This document shows, piece by piece, positions 13,051 to 26,186 of a DNA stretch of 64,000 bases (its first letter is position 1; each line of letters opens with the position of its first letter). Position numbers and translations under genes: made by a program. Location: NCBI RefSeq assembly GCF_963921235.1, contig NC_086108.1, positions 101,310,001-101,374,000 of the forward strand, written 5' to 3'. The DNA comes from Mobula hypostoma. Taxonomy: Eukaryota. The notes beneath the pieces were generated by a model. The model did not search any database. It had not been told where the DNA came from and saw nothing but the letters and a program-made list of their open reading frames with translations.

Positions 13051-13539
13051 GAGTACTGTGGAAGTTGCAGCAAGGCAAGGGTAGTTTACAGATAATGTGC
13101 AGTCAACCTGGGCAAGAAAGGCCTTTGAAGAACAGAGCATTCCTTTACACAGCAAAAGATGGCAAACATTTAGCATGTCAAAACAAGCAAAGAATCTAGG
13201 GTGACACTTGCTGGCAGCTAGTTTCTTACTCATTCTGAACTATTATTGGCCTTTAGCATGTAGATTCTATTAGCTATTAACTCCTGTATTATCATATTGT
13301 GATTGACAATTTGATTATCCTATTTCAGGTTCAGTTGCTCTTCTTTTAACTGCTAAGTTGTCAGTGTGCTGTGGTATACATTTCCATGATAGAGATACAG
13401 CCCCAGCACTGATTGCAATGACAGAACACTCATCACAGTTTCCCATCTCCATTTATTCCTATTCTTCACCTTCTGTCTGTTAGTCAGTCACTGACAGACA
13501 TTCTCAGAGTATAGAACAGAGTAAAAAGAGTAATGAGGT

Positions 13540-14070
13540 CATGGCCTGTGTCTGGATCACAGAGGAGGTGGTGCTGGCAATCTCGAGGCAAATTAGGGTG
13601 GATAAATTCCCAGGGCCTGACACGGTGCCCCTTTGACCTAGTGTGAGGCTAGTGCAGAAAATGCAGCGGCCCTAGCAGAGTTAGTTAAACTGTCCTTGGC
13701 CAATAGTGAAATGCTGGAGGACTGAATGTTGCTTCATTGTTTAATAAATGCTCTAAGAATAAAGTGGAAATTTACAGGCCAGTGAGTATGACATCAGTAG
13801 TTGGAAGGTATTCAAAAGGTTATGTATGTACTTGGATAAACATGACCTTATTGGGAACGGTCAACTTTATTTATTGCCACAGACAGCTGTGGAGACCAAA
13901 TCATTGGATATATTTGAAGTGAAGCTTCTTAATTAGTAATGATGTCAAATGTTATGGGAAGAAGGCAGGAGAATGGGGTGAATAAGGATAATAACTCAGC
14001 CATGATGGAATAGCAGAACATACTCAATGGACTAAATGACCTAATTATGCTCTTAAGTATTGTGGTTCTA
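13540..14070 (+). mobile_element. CR1 fragments (RT start joined to 3' end)
   Basis: DKFPGPD and YRPVSMTSVVG motifs followed by a CR1 3'UTR. Confidence 0.7.
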
Positions 14071-14764
14071 TTTCAATGTTACCATTCTGTATTCCAAGCA
14101 GTTTTCGAAGGTAACAAGCAGTGCACCCATTATTTTCATGAATGCCTCCTTCCATATCTTCATCTGGATATCCATCTGAGCTCTGAGGTTAGTGTCAAAA
14201 GTAGATGCTACTGGACGCATGGTCCATCAATATGTGATTTCATATTTAATTTAAGGGTCAGTCTAGAGAAAGAGAAGCAATAGACAGACTGATAGAATGC
14301 AAGCTCGGTTACCAGCCCCTACCTCATTTCATAGTTGCATTCAATACTCCCCCAGCCTCATTATCCTTTGAAGTGACTCACAGCGCTCTCCTACATCACC
14401 ATCCAATTGTTCAAGCCAAGAAGGGCTTCTGGAAGGTCTCCCAGTGTTTCTGTTCTTTGGAACTGGAATTGGAATAGTTTTATTGTTGCCACATGTATCT
14501 CAGTACAGTCAAAAGCTTTTGTGACATACTGTTCATACAGCTCAATTCATTTCATAGTGCATTAAGGTTAAATAATAGAATGTGCATTAAGATTAAACAA
14601 TAGAATGCAGAATAAAGTATAAAGCTGGTGAATGTGCAGCGTAGGGAGACAATAAGGTGTTAGATCATAAGGAGGTAGATTGTGAGCACAAGAGTCCATC
14701 TTACTGTACTATAATTAGGATCAGGTCATCACCAGTAAAACTACCATTTATTGCCAAAGATTTT

Positions 14765-15065
14765 TAAATTTTATTTGTCACGTGTACATCAAAACACAGT
14801 GAAATATCATTTGCTAAATGACCAAGACAGATTGAGGATGTGTTGGGAGTATGTTCCCAAGCTTCTGGTGTCAACACAGTATGCCCACAACTTACTAACC
14901 CTAACCTGTACATCTTTGGAATCTGGGTGGAAACCAGAGCACTTGGAGGAAACCCAAGTGGTCGCCAGAGAAAACCTACAGACACCTCACAGACAGTGGC
15001 AGGAATTGAACCCTGATCACTGGCTCGGTAAAGCGATATACTTTCTGCTACTCTATCGAGCTCCC
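14765..15065 (-). mobile_element. V-SINE/HE1-like tRNA-derived SINE
   Basis: Reverse complement of the V-domain (gggtttcctccaagtgctctggtttccacccagattccaaagatgt) plus a B-box-like gggttcaattcc. Confidence 0.7.
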
Positions 15066-15164
15066 TTTTTGAACAGCTAATAAAGGTGCTTCTGTGGTGT
15101 CATTGGATAGATAGTTCCAGGATTTAGACCCAGCCCTAATATAGGATCATTAAGCCAGGATTTC

Positions 15165-15435
15165 GTGGCGTTAGTGTGACTCCATTACAGATCGGTCGTT
15201 GGAGCTTGGAGATCAATTCTAATATCATCTATAAGGAGTTTGTACGTCTTCTCCATGGAATACATGGGTTTTCTCCTTTCCTCCAGTTTCATCCCACAGT
15301 CCAAGGTGTACCAGTCAGTTGGTTAATTGGTCATTGTAGACTGTCCCGTGATTAGGCTAGAGTTAATTTCAGGGTTGCTGGGTGGCGCAGCCAGAAGGGC
15401 ATATTCCACACTATGTCTCTAACTTACTAAATAAA
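15165..15435 (+). mobile_element. V-SINE/HE1-like SINE
   Basis: gggttttctcc...ctccagtttcatcccacagtccaag V-core and an A-rich tail. Confidence 0.6.
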
Positions 15436-15724
15436 TGAATTATGGTAGACTTCTGTGACATAATTCCCATAGTTATGCAGCACACGTTAAAATCAGTAAC
15501 AAAGCACATTAGCAACTATTATTGGATGACTCACATTACTCAGAAAATACAACTCAACACTGTGGCATGAATCAACCTTCCAATCCCAGTCTAATTTCCT
15601 TGTCAGGTTCTCACACAATGGAATTATTGCCAAGGCAATCCATTTCTGGAACTTTAGATGGTAATATTGGCCAGAGTGTCCTGGGATTCCTTTTGCTGGG
15701 ACAACTTGACTTTAAGATGTCAGT

Positions 15725-16670
15725 AACAAGAGAAAATCTGCAGATACTGGAAATCTGAGCAACACACACAAAATATTGGAGGAGCTCAGCAGGCCAGGCA
15801 ACATCTATGGAAAAAAGAACAGTCGACGTTTTGGGCCGAAACCCTTCAGCAGGACTGGAGGAAAAAAGCTGAGGGGTAGATTTAAAAGATGGGAGGGAGG
15901 AGAGGGAGAAATCCCAGGTGATAAATGAAGCCAGGAGAGGGAGGGATGAAGTAAAGGGCTGGGAAGTTGATGGTGAAAGAGACAGAAGTTGCCATGGAAG
16001 AAAAAGAAAGGGGGGAGGAGCACAAGGGGAAGGTAATGGGTGGGCAAGGAAATAATGTGAGAGATGGAAAAGGGAATGGGCATGGTGAAGGGGAGGTGGG
16101 GTTGAGGGGCATTACCAGAAATCAATGTTCATGTCATCAGGTTGGAGGTTACCCAAACAGAATATAAAGTGTTGTTCCTCCAACCTATGTATGGCCTCAG
16201 CACGATAGTAGAGAGGGCCATGGATGGACATGTGGGAAAGGGAAGTGGAATTATTATGGGAGATCTTGCTTGTTCTGGTGGATGGACGTAGATGTTCAAC
16301 AAAGCAGTCTCCCAATTTCTGTCGGGTCTCAATGATATACTGGAGGCCACCTCGGGAGCACTAAACACAATAGATGACCCAAACATATTCATAGATGAAG
16401 TAGTGAGTGAGGAGGTGTAGGGGCAGGTGTAGCACTTGTTGCACTTGTGAGGATAAGTGCCAGGAGGGTGATCAGTGGGAGGGATGAATGGATAAGGGAG
16501 ATGTGTAGGGAGAGATCCCTGTGGAAACAGAAAGTGAGGGGGAGGGAAAGATGTGCTTGGTGGTGGGATCCTGTTGGAGGTGGCGGAAGCTTCGGAGAAT
16601 TATGTGCTGGCACAGAGGCTGGTGGGGTTGTCAGTGAGGACAAAAGGAACCCTATGGCGGGTAGGCTGGT
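15725..16670 (-). mobile_element. Penelope-like element 3' part
   Basis: Colinear with 365-1310. ORF pieces MGDCFVEHLR and RLEEQHFIFCLGNLQP. Terminal hammerhead-like motif at 15820-15857. Confidence 0.8.
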
Positions 16671-16969
16671 GGTAGTGTTGCATTGGGCAGTTTTGACTAC
16701 CCGTCAAAGAGCTTTCTTGTCCACCGCAGTGCAGGCTGTACTGCATAAAGCAGTTCTCCTTCCATTGAAGGTCCTTTGGCCACTGACATAGAAACAATTT
16801 GACATTGAAACAAAGAGTCAAAGAAATTTGGGGAGGCTTTTAGTGCAGAAGCAGGCACTATGGCTCATTATTTCCTTGCTGACAGCCGCACCCATCTAAT
16901 TTACCTTCATTAAATCCATAATCTCTGCAGCCCTGGTGTGATCACGCAAAAGGAGGCTTCTCTTACTGA

Positions 16970-17265
16970 TAAGGCACAACTTCAGAATAGAAGGATGTCC
17001 TTTTAGAACAGTGATGAGGGGCAATTTCTTAAGCCAGATGGTGGTAAATCTGTGGATTTCATTGCCACAAGCAGCTGTGGAGGACAAGTCATTGGGTATA
17101 TGTAAAGCTGATTGTGATAGGTTTTTGAATAGTAAGGGTATCAAAGGTTATGGGGAGAAGGCAGGAGAATGGGGTTGAGAGGGATGCTAAATCAGCCATG
17201 ATTGAATGGTGGAACAGACTTGATGGGCCAAATGGCCTGATTTTGATCCTAAGCCTTATGGTCTT
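16970..17265 (+). mobile_element. CR1 3' end
   Basis: FLSQMVVNLWISLP-like C-terminus and the CR1 3'UTR. Confidence 0.75.
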
Positions 17266-17269
17266 GTAC

Positions 17270-17545
17270 CTGTCAGGGTGGCAGGAAGATGGGGTAAGAA
17301 CAGACGTGCGTGAAATGGGGGAGATGTAGTTGAAGGCAGCGTTGATGGTGGAGGAAAGAAAACTCCTTTCTTTGAAAAAGGAGAACATCTCCTTTGTTTT
17401 AGAATGAAAAACCTCATCCTGAGAGCAGATGTGGAGGAGACGGACAAATTGAGGGAAGGGGATGGCGTTTTACAAGTAGCAGGCTGGGACGAGGTATAGT
17501 CCAGGTAGCTGTCAGAGTCCGTGAGTTTGTAACAGACATCGGTCA
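17270..17545 (-). mobile_element. Penelope-like internal fragment
   Basis: Homologous to 1305-1570 (FFKERSF..STINAA; YKLTDSDSYLDYTSS). Confidence 0.75.
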
Positions 17546-18305
17546 GTGGTTGGGAAGATGTTGGAGGCAATTGTTAAGCATGAGGTTGTGGACACAGGAC
17601 AAGATAGGACAAAGACAGCGTGGTTTCCTTGCCTGACAAACCTGTTGGAATTCTTTGTTAAGTAGGATAGATAAAGGCGATACAATGGATGTTGTATATT
17701 TGGACTCCCAGAAGGCCTTTGACAAGGTGCCGCACATGAGGCTGCTTACCAAGCTAAGAGCCCATGGTATTATAGGAAAGTTGCCAGCATGGCTAAAACA
17801 TTGACTGATTGGTAGGAGGTAATGAGTGGGTATGGAAGGATCCTTTTCTGTTTGGTTGCCAGTGGTGTTCCTTGGGAGTTGGTGTTGGGACCACTCATTT
17901 TTATGCTGTATATAAATGATTTTGATGATGGAATAGATGGCTTTGTTGCCAAGTTTGCAGGTGATATAAAGACCAGTGGAGGGGCAGATAGTTTTGAGGA
18001 AATAGGTAGGCTGCAGAAGGACTTAGACAGATTAGGAGAATGGGCAGGAGAGTGGCAAATGAAATACAATGTTGGAAAATGCATGGTCATTCACTTTGGT
18101 AGTAGAAATAAATGTGCAGACTAAATGGGGAGAAAATCCAAAAATCTTAAATGCAAGGGACTTGGGAGTCCTTTTGCAGAACACCCTAAAGGTTAACTTG
18201 CAGGTAGAGACGGTGATGAGGAAAGCAAATGTAATGTTAGCATTCATTTCAGGAGGTCTAGAATACAAGTGTAAGGATGTTATGTTGAAGCTTTATAAGG
18301 CACTG
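17545..18305 (+). mobile_element. CR1 RT fragment
   Basis: SGVPWELVLGPLIFMLYIND...KFAGD...WQMKYNVGKC. Confidence 0.85.
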
Positions 18306-19480
18306 GTTGATGAAGGCCAATACACCATATGCCTTCTTAACCACAGAGTCAACCTGCGCAGCAGCCTTGAGTGTCCTATGGACTCAGACCCCAAGATCCC
18401 TCTGATCCTCCACACTGCCAGGTGCTTTACCACTAATACTATAATCTGCCATCACATTTGCCCTACCAAAATGAACCAACTCGCACTTATCTGGGTTGAA
18501 CTACATCTGCCACTTCTCAGCCCAGTTTTGTATCCTATCTTTGTCCCAATGTAACCTCTGACAGCCCTCCACACTAACCACAATACCTCCAACATTTGCG
18601 TCATCAGGAAATTTGCTAACCCATCCCTTCACTTCTTCATCCAAGTCATTTATAAAAATCATGAAGAGAGGGGTCCCGGAACAGATCCCTGAGGCACACC
18701 ACTGGTCATCAACCTCCATGCAGAATATGACCCATCTACAACTACTCTTTGTCTTCTGTGGGCTAGCCAATTCTGGATCAACAAAGCAAGGTCCCCTTGG
18801 ATCCCATGCCTCCTTACTTTCTCAATAAACCTTGCATGGGGTACCTTATCAAATGCCTTGTTGAAATCCATATACACCACATCTACTGCTCTACCTTCAT
18901 CAATGTGTTTAGTTATATTCTCAAAAGAGTCAATCAGGCTCATAAGGCACCACCTACCTCTGACAAAGCCATCCTAATCATATTATGCCTCTCCAAATAT
19001 TCATAAGTCCTGTCTCTCAGGATCTTCTCCATGAAATTACCAACCACTGAAGTAAGACTCACTGGTCTGTAATTTCCTGGGCTATCTCTACTCTCTTTCT
19101 TGAATCAGGGAACAACATCTGCGGTCCTCCAGAACCTCTCCTGTCCCCATTGATGATGCAAAGATCATTGCCAGAGGCTCAGCAATCTCCCCACTTGCCT
19201 CCCACAGTAGCCTAGGGTATATCTGGCCCGGTTCCAATGAAATATCCAACTTGATGCTTTCCAAAAGCTCCAGCACATCCTCTTTTTTTAATCTGTGCTC
19301 AAGCTTTTCAGTCCGCTTTAAGTCATCCCAACAATTGCCAAGGTCCTTTTCCATAGTGAATACTAAAGCAAAATATTCATTAAGTACCTTCACTACCTCC
19401 TCTGGTCCCATACACACTCTTCCACTGTCACACTTGATTGGTTGTATTCTCTCACAACTCATCTTCTTGCTCTTGTTCTT
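18306..19480 (-). mobile_element. CR1 RT fragment
   Basis: VDVVYMDFNKAFDKVPH, SGVPQGS, SKFPDD, WAEKWQM. Confidence 0.85.
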
Positions 19481-21240
19481 CCAGAAAATCAAATTCTGAT
19501 TCTTCGAATGAAAATAACTTGTACAACCAAGCATATTATATCCTCTGCGTCATTCCACATTTTGTTCCCGCTCTGGGTCTTTATCTTGGGTGACTCGCCG
19601 TCTTGGAATGAAGTTGTCTGTCATCCACAGAAAGTCAATTCGTAAACTTAGACAAAAACTTGACCAAATGCCTTGGTGTGATTCTACAGAGCTAATTCCT
19701 GACTACACGGTAGAGATTTTGGACACTGGTCTCTGCCGAGATTGTCTCCTTAAGGTTGCTGCATGTTATAGGTGTAGCTTCAGTAAATCTTTTATTGCTA
19801 TTGTCTCTCCTCCAGGGGTTTCACCCTGAGGTTTTCAAGTTAGGGTAAAGATGCTTACTACTAATTCCACTCTTAACAGTTCATATCTTCAGCTTCTAAC
19901 TGTTGCTTTGCCTCTCCTTGTCCGTCCTGTGTCCAGCCTGTCTCGCCCTCGCAAGGTGTTTTTGTTCATATTCTCCTTTTTTTAAAAAATCGATATACCT
20001 CGTTTTCATCCCGCCACAGGTAGACCTTTGTAACAATACATCTTTGGGTTTAATTAACTGGGGTTACAGTAGTCAGAGGGACAGTCTCTTCAGAATAATC
20101 CCGTTCATCTATCCTTCCCCTTTCTGTTAATTGGTCATCGAGTCAAATCGCCAGGTCCATAAGATCTTTCAGATCCTCCTTTGGGTATCAGGCCACAAGC
20201 AAGCGAGTTCGTTTGTAAAACACTTTTCAAACACAGGGCAGTTCAAAGTGATTTACATAGAACAACATATAAAACTCAAAATCAAATTTCAAACAATATA
20301 TAAGAAAATAAAATCACACAAAAATTTATATGAGAAATAGAAGTTACAGTGCAGAAGATCCTAATTAAAAGTTACAGTGAAAAGCAAAAGTTTTAAGCCT
20401 CAATTTAAAGAGCTTAAAGTTCAGGCAGATTTCAGATCCTCTGGAAGGTCATTCCAGATATGTGGAGCATAGTAACTAAAAGCTGCTTAACGATGTTTAA
20501 GTTTGACTCTGGAGACGGAAAACAGGCCAGCCACAGACGACTTGAGATCTCAGGAAGGTTCATAAAGCAGCAAGAGATCGGAGAAGTTCTTTGGCCCTAG
20601 AAAATTCAGTGTTTTATAAACCAGTAGTAACATTTTAAAGTCAATCCTCTGATGGACAGGATGCCAGTGTAGCGATCTGAGAACTGAAGTATGTTCTCTA
20701 TTTGTGAGGAGTCCAGCTGCAGCGTTCTGAATGAGCTGCAGCTACCTGAGCAATTTTTACAGAGACCTGTGAAAATGTCATCACAGTAGTCAAGCCTACT
20801 AAAAATAAATGCATAGACGAGTTTTTCTAGATCTTGCTGAGGCATAAGCCCTTTAATTCTCACTATATTTTTAAGATGGTAGTAGGCTGACTTTGTAGTT
20901 GTTGTAACGTGGCAGTTAAAATTTAAGTCCAGTCCATCACAACATCAAGGTTTCTGGCTTCCTGTGCAGTTTGTAACGACAGGGATTCTAAGTGAACACT
21001 GACTTTTAATCGTTCTTTTTTTCCAAGTTTTCTCTTTGTTTAACTGGAGGAAATTTTGGCTTATGCAATCAGTGATTTGTTCAATACAGTTCTTTTGGTG
21101 ATTGTAAGGGATCATAGTCACTTGATCACGCTGTTATTTAAATCTGAGTGTGATCCGCACAATTAAGGTAACATATTTTGTTGCTTACCATGATTTGAGC
21201 TAGAAGGAGCATGAATATGTTACGCAGGAAGCCCTGGTGT

Positions 21241-22092
21241 TGTCACAGTCCGGATCGTTAATTCCTCTAATTATCCTAATTCCCTTTTCCCAGTGTCCTC
21301 CTGGTCTCCTTGATTGCGACACTTGATTCTCTTCTAAACCTAAACCTGCTGCATAAAAACCCCAGCTTTGCATACACTCATTGCCAGACTGTTGTTTTAG
21401 CCAGTGCGGTAATTCACGTTCCCAGCCACTCAGAAGGGTGTATACTTCCGTACCGAGGTTTATTTGTGAAACTCTATCTCTCTGTGTCAAGATTAGTATT
21501 CTAAGTTTTACTTCAGTACCGAGGTTTACCTGTGTAACTCAGTCTCTCCATGTTAAGAAAAGTGTTGTCTCCTGCTTGCCTTTCTATGCTCCGTGTCAAG
21601 ATAAATTTTGCCTGCCACCTGTCTCCTGTTTGCCATTCAGCTCCCGCAACGCCCTATGTCAAGAAAAGTTTTGCCTGCCTGCCTCCTGCTTCTCCGTTCA
21701 CCCGCGCTGTTTGCTGGTGTTAACCCTGTCTCGACTGCTAAGAATTGTGTATTCCAAGTTCTGTTTCCGCGCTGTCTTCCTGTGTTAACTCTGTCTCTCC
21801 GTGTTAATAGGAGCATTGCATGCCGCCTGTCTTCCCGTTTATCCTTCCGCCTGCTGTTCTCCTCAAGCCACGCTCGCACCCTAGTCTGCATCCCTGCTCT
21901 GCCTCGTCCACCGCCCACCTACACTCCCCGTTGGCTCGATGGTTAAACGCCGCGTCCCACCATAGCGACCCGGGTTCGATCCCTGGCCAAGCCGTCCTCA
22001 CTCCTTGGCTTTCCCTGTAACTGTTAATAAACGCTGTAGATTACCTCTGTGTCTGTGTTCTGCGTTTGGGTTCGCCCCATTCTATTGCAACA
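21241..22092 (+). mobile_element. Solo LTR (Gypsy-type) nested in L2
   Basis: TGTCAC...GCAACA ends. Flanks ggtgt/ggtat (5-bp TSD, 1 mismatch). TATA-like cataaaaa at about 21352, AATAAA at 22025. It splits the L2 PQGS motif region. Confidence 0.75.
21925..21993 (+). pseudogene. tRNA-like (closest to tRNA-Glu by eye) sequence inside LTR
   Basis: A-box TGGCTCGATGG, B-box and T-arm CCGGGTTCGATCCCTGG. Acceptor and anticodon stems are poor, so it is not a functional tRNA. Confidence 0.6.
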
Positions 22093-22304
22093 GGTATGGA
22101 CCCCTGAGGCATGCCGCATGTCATTTTAGTTTGGTCAGATGTGCAGCTACCAATCGATACAAAATAGCCCCTGTCCTGTAAATACGACTTAAACCACTTT
22201 AGCACTGTGCCGCAAAGTCCCACTCAGTTTTTCAGTCTGCCATGATCAATGGTGTCAATAGCAGCACCAAGATCCAGTAAAAGCAAAACAGAAATTTTAT
22301 CATC

Positions 22305-22625
22305 ATCAAGGTTAGGCACAGAGCGTCATAGGAAGTCATTCCTGCCTGTGGCCATCAAACTTTACAACCCCTCCCTTGGAGGGTCAGACACCCTGAGCCG
22401 ATAGGCTGCTCCTGGACTTATTTCATAATTTACTGGCATAATTTACATATTACTATTTAACTATTTATTACTATTTTTCTATTACTAATTATTTCCATGA
22501 CTTACTATTTACTAATATTAGTATTATTATTACTATTTCTATTGCTATTTATTATTTATGGTGCAACTGTAACGAAAACCAATTTCCCCTGGGATCAATA
22601 AAGTCTGACTATGACTATGACTATG
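22305..22625 (+). mobile_element. Rex1/Babar-type LINE 3' fragment nested in L2
   Basis: TERHRKSFLPVAIKLYN-like C-terminus, then AATAAA and an (ATGACT)n tail. Confidence 0.7.
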
Positions 22626-23779
22626 GATGCCATTTAAAGGTCTCGACCAGAGCATTCTCAGTGTTGTCGGAATCCAGGCTGATAAACATCCGCACCATTG
22701 CTTAGTGCCAAAAAGCTATTAAGTTGTTGATAAATAATCTTTTCAATGACTTTACTTAAACATGGTAAGTTTGATATAGGCCTGTAGTTATTAATTACTG
22801 AGGCATCTACGTTGATCTTTATTTAAAAGAGGCTTAATAACTGCAGATTTTGGAAAGCAGCCTGATAGAAGTGTTGACTCTGCAGATTGCTAACACCATG
22901 CAACTAAAAACATTTTTTAAAGAGGTTGTAGGTAAAATGTCAAGAGAACAGGAGGAGGATTTCAGGCGCAGCACAATTTCTTCTATTGTTTTATAGTCAA
23001 TAGATTTGAATTGTGTTATCTTAACTAGATTAGCTGTGTGAATGAAAGGATGCCACTGACATCTGACCTGAGGCAGAGACACTGACACCGTGTCTAATCT
23101 TCTGAATTTTGGCGGTAGTAAAGAATGCAAGGTCTTTACATGACTGTGTAGATAGAAGTTCAGGTGCTACTGATGTATGAGCCCATCAACTGTAGTCGAT
23201 AAAGCATGCGCATCTTTGCTGGTTTTGTTAATATTATCAGAGAGGGATTGCCTTGCACGTCTCAACTCTAAATCATAGATGCAAAGACTTTCTTTATAAA
23301 TGTTGTGATAGACCTGGAATTTTGTTTTCCGCCTCCTGTGTTCAACTTTCTGACACTCTCCTTTTTGGAGTTTAAACAGGGAGGTGTTTCACCATGGTGC
23401 TTTTTACTTCCCAGAAGCTACTTTTACTTTTGTGGGGGCAATTGCATCAATGACATCTATAAGTTTAGAGTTGAGATTGTCTACAAGATCATTGACAGAG
23501 TTCGGAGAAAGGGCAGGTGTCGGACAAATGGCCTGCGTGGATACTACCTTGGTGTTTTCAGTGATAGACCATTTTGTGATGACCTCTGCTTGAGCACCAG
23601 GGACTAGAGACCATAATTTTAAGGAAAACACAGAAACGATCAGGAAGAGCAACATTGGTTACCACAACCTCAGAGGTGTTAAGACCTTTGGAAATTAGTA
23701 GGTCAAGGGTGTGGCCCTTGCTCTATGTGGGCCCTGTCACATGCTGTGTCAGTCCATAATCACCTATGATGCAGAACAG

Positions 23780-26165
23780 TTCATAAGACCATAAGACATA
23801 GGAGCAGAATTAAGCCATCTGGCCCATTGAGTTTGCTCCGCCATTCAATCATGGCTGATCCTTCTACCTCCTCCTTAAAACCAGTTGCCAGCCTTCTCCC
23901 CGTAACGTTTGATGCCATGTCCAATCAGGAACGTATCAATCTCTGCCTTAAATACACCCAATGTCCTGGCTTCCACAGCTGCATGTGGCAACAAATTCCA
24001 CAAATTCACCACCCTTTGGCTAAAGAAATTTCTCCGCATCTCTGTTTTGAAAGGGCGCTCCTCTATCCTGAGGCTGTGCCCTCTTGTCCTAGACTCTACC
24101 ACCATGAGAAACACCCTTTCCACATCTACTCTGTCTAGGCCTTTCAACATTCGAAAGGTTTCAATGATATCTTCCCTCATCCTTCTGAATTCCTGCGAGT
24201 ACAGACCCAGAGCCATCAAATGTTCCTTGTATGGTAACCCTTTCATTCCTGGAATCATCCTTGTGAGCCTCCTCTGGGTCCTCTCCAATGCCAGCACATC
24301 TTTTCCAAGATGAGGGGACTAAAACTGTTCACAATACTCAAAGAGAGGCCTCACCAGTGCCTTATAAAGTTTCAGCATCACATCCTTCCCTTGTATTATA
24401 GACCTCTTGAAATAAATGGTATTTGCCTTCCTCACCACTGACTCTACCTGCAGGTTAACCTTTAGGGTGTTCTGCTCAAGGACTCCCAAGTCCCTTTACA
24501 TCTCAGATTTTTGGATTTTCTCCCAATTTAGAAAATATTCCACACATTTATTCTACTACCAAAGTGCATGGTTGTGCATTTTCCAACATTGTATTTCATT
24601 TGCCACTTTCTTGCCCATTCTTTTATTTTAAGTCCTTCTGCATCCTACCTGTTTCCTCAACATTACCTTCCCCTCCACCAATCTCTATATCATCTGCAAA
24701 CTTGGCAACAAAGCCATCTATTCCATTATCTAAATCATTCCTATATAACGTAAAAAGAAGCAGTCCCAACACCAACCCCTGCAGAACACCGCAAGTCACT
24801 GGCAGCCAACCAGAAAAGGATCCTTTTATTTGCACTCGCTATCTCCTATCAATCAGCCAATGCTCTAACCAGGTTAGTAACTTTCCTGTAATGCCATGGG
24901 CTCTTAACTTGGTAAGCAGCCTCGTGCGTGCCACCTTGCCAAAGGCCTTCTGAAAATCCAAATATACAACATTCACTGCATCTCCTTTATTTATCCTACT
25001 TGTAATCTCCTCAAAGAATTCCAACAGGTTCGTCAGGCAGGATTTTCCCTGAAGGAAACCACGCTGACTTTGTACTATCTTGTCCTGTGTCACCAAGTAC
25101 TCCATCACCTCATCCTTAACAATTGACTCTAACATCTTCCCAACCACTGAGGTCAGGCTAACTGGTCTATAATTTCCTTTCTGCTGCCTTCCTCCTTTCT
25201 TAAAGAGTGGAGTGAAATTTGTAATTTTCCAGTCCTCTGGCACCACGTCAGAGTCCAATGATTTTTGAAAGATCATTTCTTATGCCCCCACAATCTCTAA
25301 CACTGCCTGTTTCAGAACCCAAGGGTGCAGTTCCTCTGACTGGATGTATGTTTAGGTCTTTAAGCTTTTTTCAGCACCTCTTGTAACAGTAATTGCACCA
25401 ACTTCTCTTACTTCACACACTACAACATCAAGCATACTGCTAGTGTCTTCCACGGTGAAGACTGATGCAAAATACCCATTTTAGTTCATCAACCATCTCC
25501 TTATCCCCCTTTTTATTTCTCCTGCCTCATTTTCTAGTGGTCGTATATCCACTCTCATTTCTCTTTTATTTTTAAAATACTTGAAAAAGCTTTTGCTATC
25601 CACTTTGATATTATTTGCTTTCATATTTCATCTTTTCCCTTCTAATGATCTTTTTTAGTTGCTCTCTGTAGGTTTTTAAAAACTTCCCAATCGTCTATCT
25701 TCCCACTATTTTTTGCTTTGTTGTATGTCCTTTCTTTTGATTTTACAATAGCTTTGACTTCCCTTGTCCGCCACGGTTGTACTATTTTACCATTTGAGTA
25801 TTTCTTCATTTTTGGAATACACATGTCCTGCACCTTCCTCATTTTTCCCAGAAACGCACACCATTGCTGCTCTGCTGACATCCCTGCCAGCAGCTCCTTC
25901 CAGTTTACTTTGGCCAACTCCTCTCTCATACCACTGTAATTTCCCTTACTCCACTGCTACATCAGACTTTACTTTCTCCCTGTCAAATTTCAAGTTGAGT
26001 ACAATCATATTGTACAATCACAATCTGTGATACTGCAACAAGATCATCCACCTTATTTTTTATACTATGTGCATTTAGATACAACACCTTGAGTACCGTA
26101 TTTGCTGTCCTTTCTGATTCTGTATCCCTAATGATTTGATACTCAGCCTGCTGGCTGCAACTAAG
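23780..26165 (-). mobile_element. CR1 LINE (ORF2 with internal deletions, intact 3' end)
   Basis: KVLYLNAHSIKNK, NYRPVSLTSVVGKMLE, YLDFQKAF, KFADD, FFSQRVVNLWN; (tcttatg)n tail at about 23782-23800. Confidence 0.9.
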
Positions 26166-26186
26166 TCCCATCACCGGTCTACCCTT

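Larger units (their letters stand above)
20196..23765 (-). mobile_element. L2-clade LINE, degraded, with nested insertions
   Basis: LEKLVYAFIFSRLDYC, GLCGTVLKWFKSYL, CGMPQGS, SCSLDILPT. L2-type 3' end 'tgtaaatcactttgaactgccctgtgtttgaaaagtg' on the minus strand at about 20200-20260. Confidence 0.85.

Noticed and set aside
14080..14265. Exon-like segment on the minus strand with a good acceptor and a GTAAC donor
   Set aside because: All three frames from the acceptor hit stops; no recognisable protein.
20196..20215. NELAC read as part of a gag motif
   Set aside because: Better explained as the L2 3' tail (acaaacgaactcgcttgcttg).
21925..21993. Functional tRNA gene
   Set aside because: Acceptor and anticodon stems do not pair and there is no poly-T terminator. 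Kept only as a tRNA-like module.
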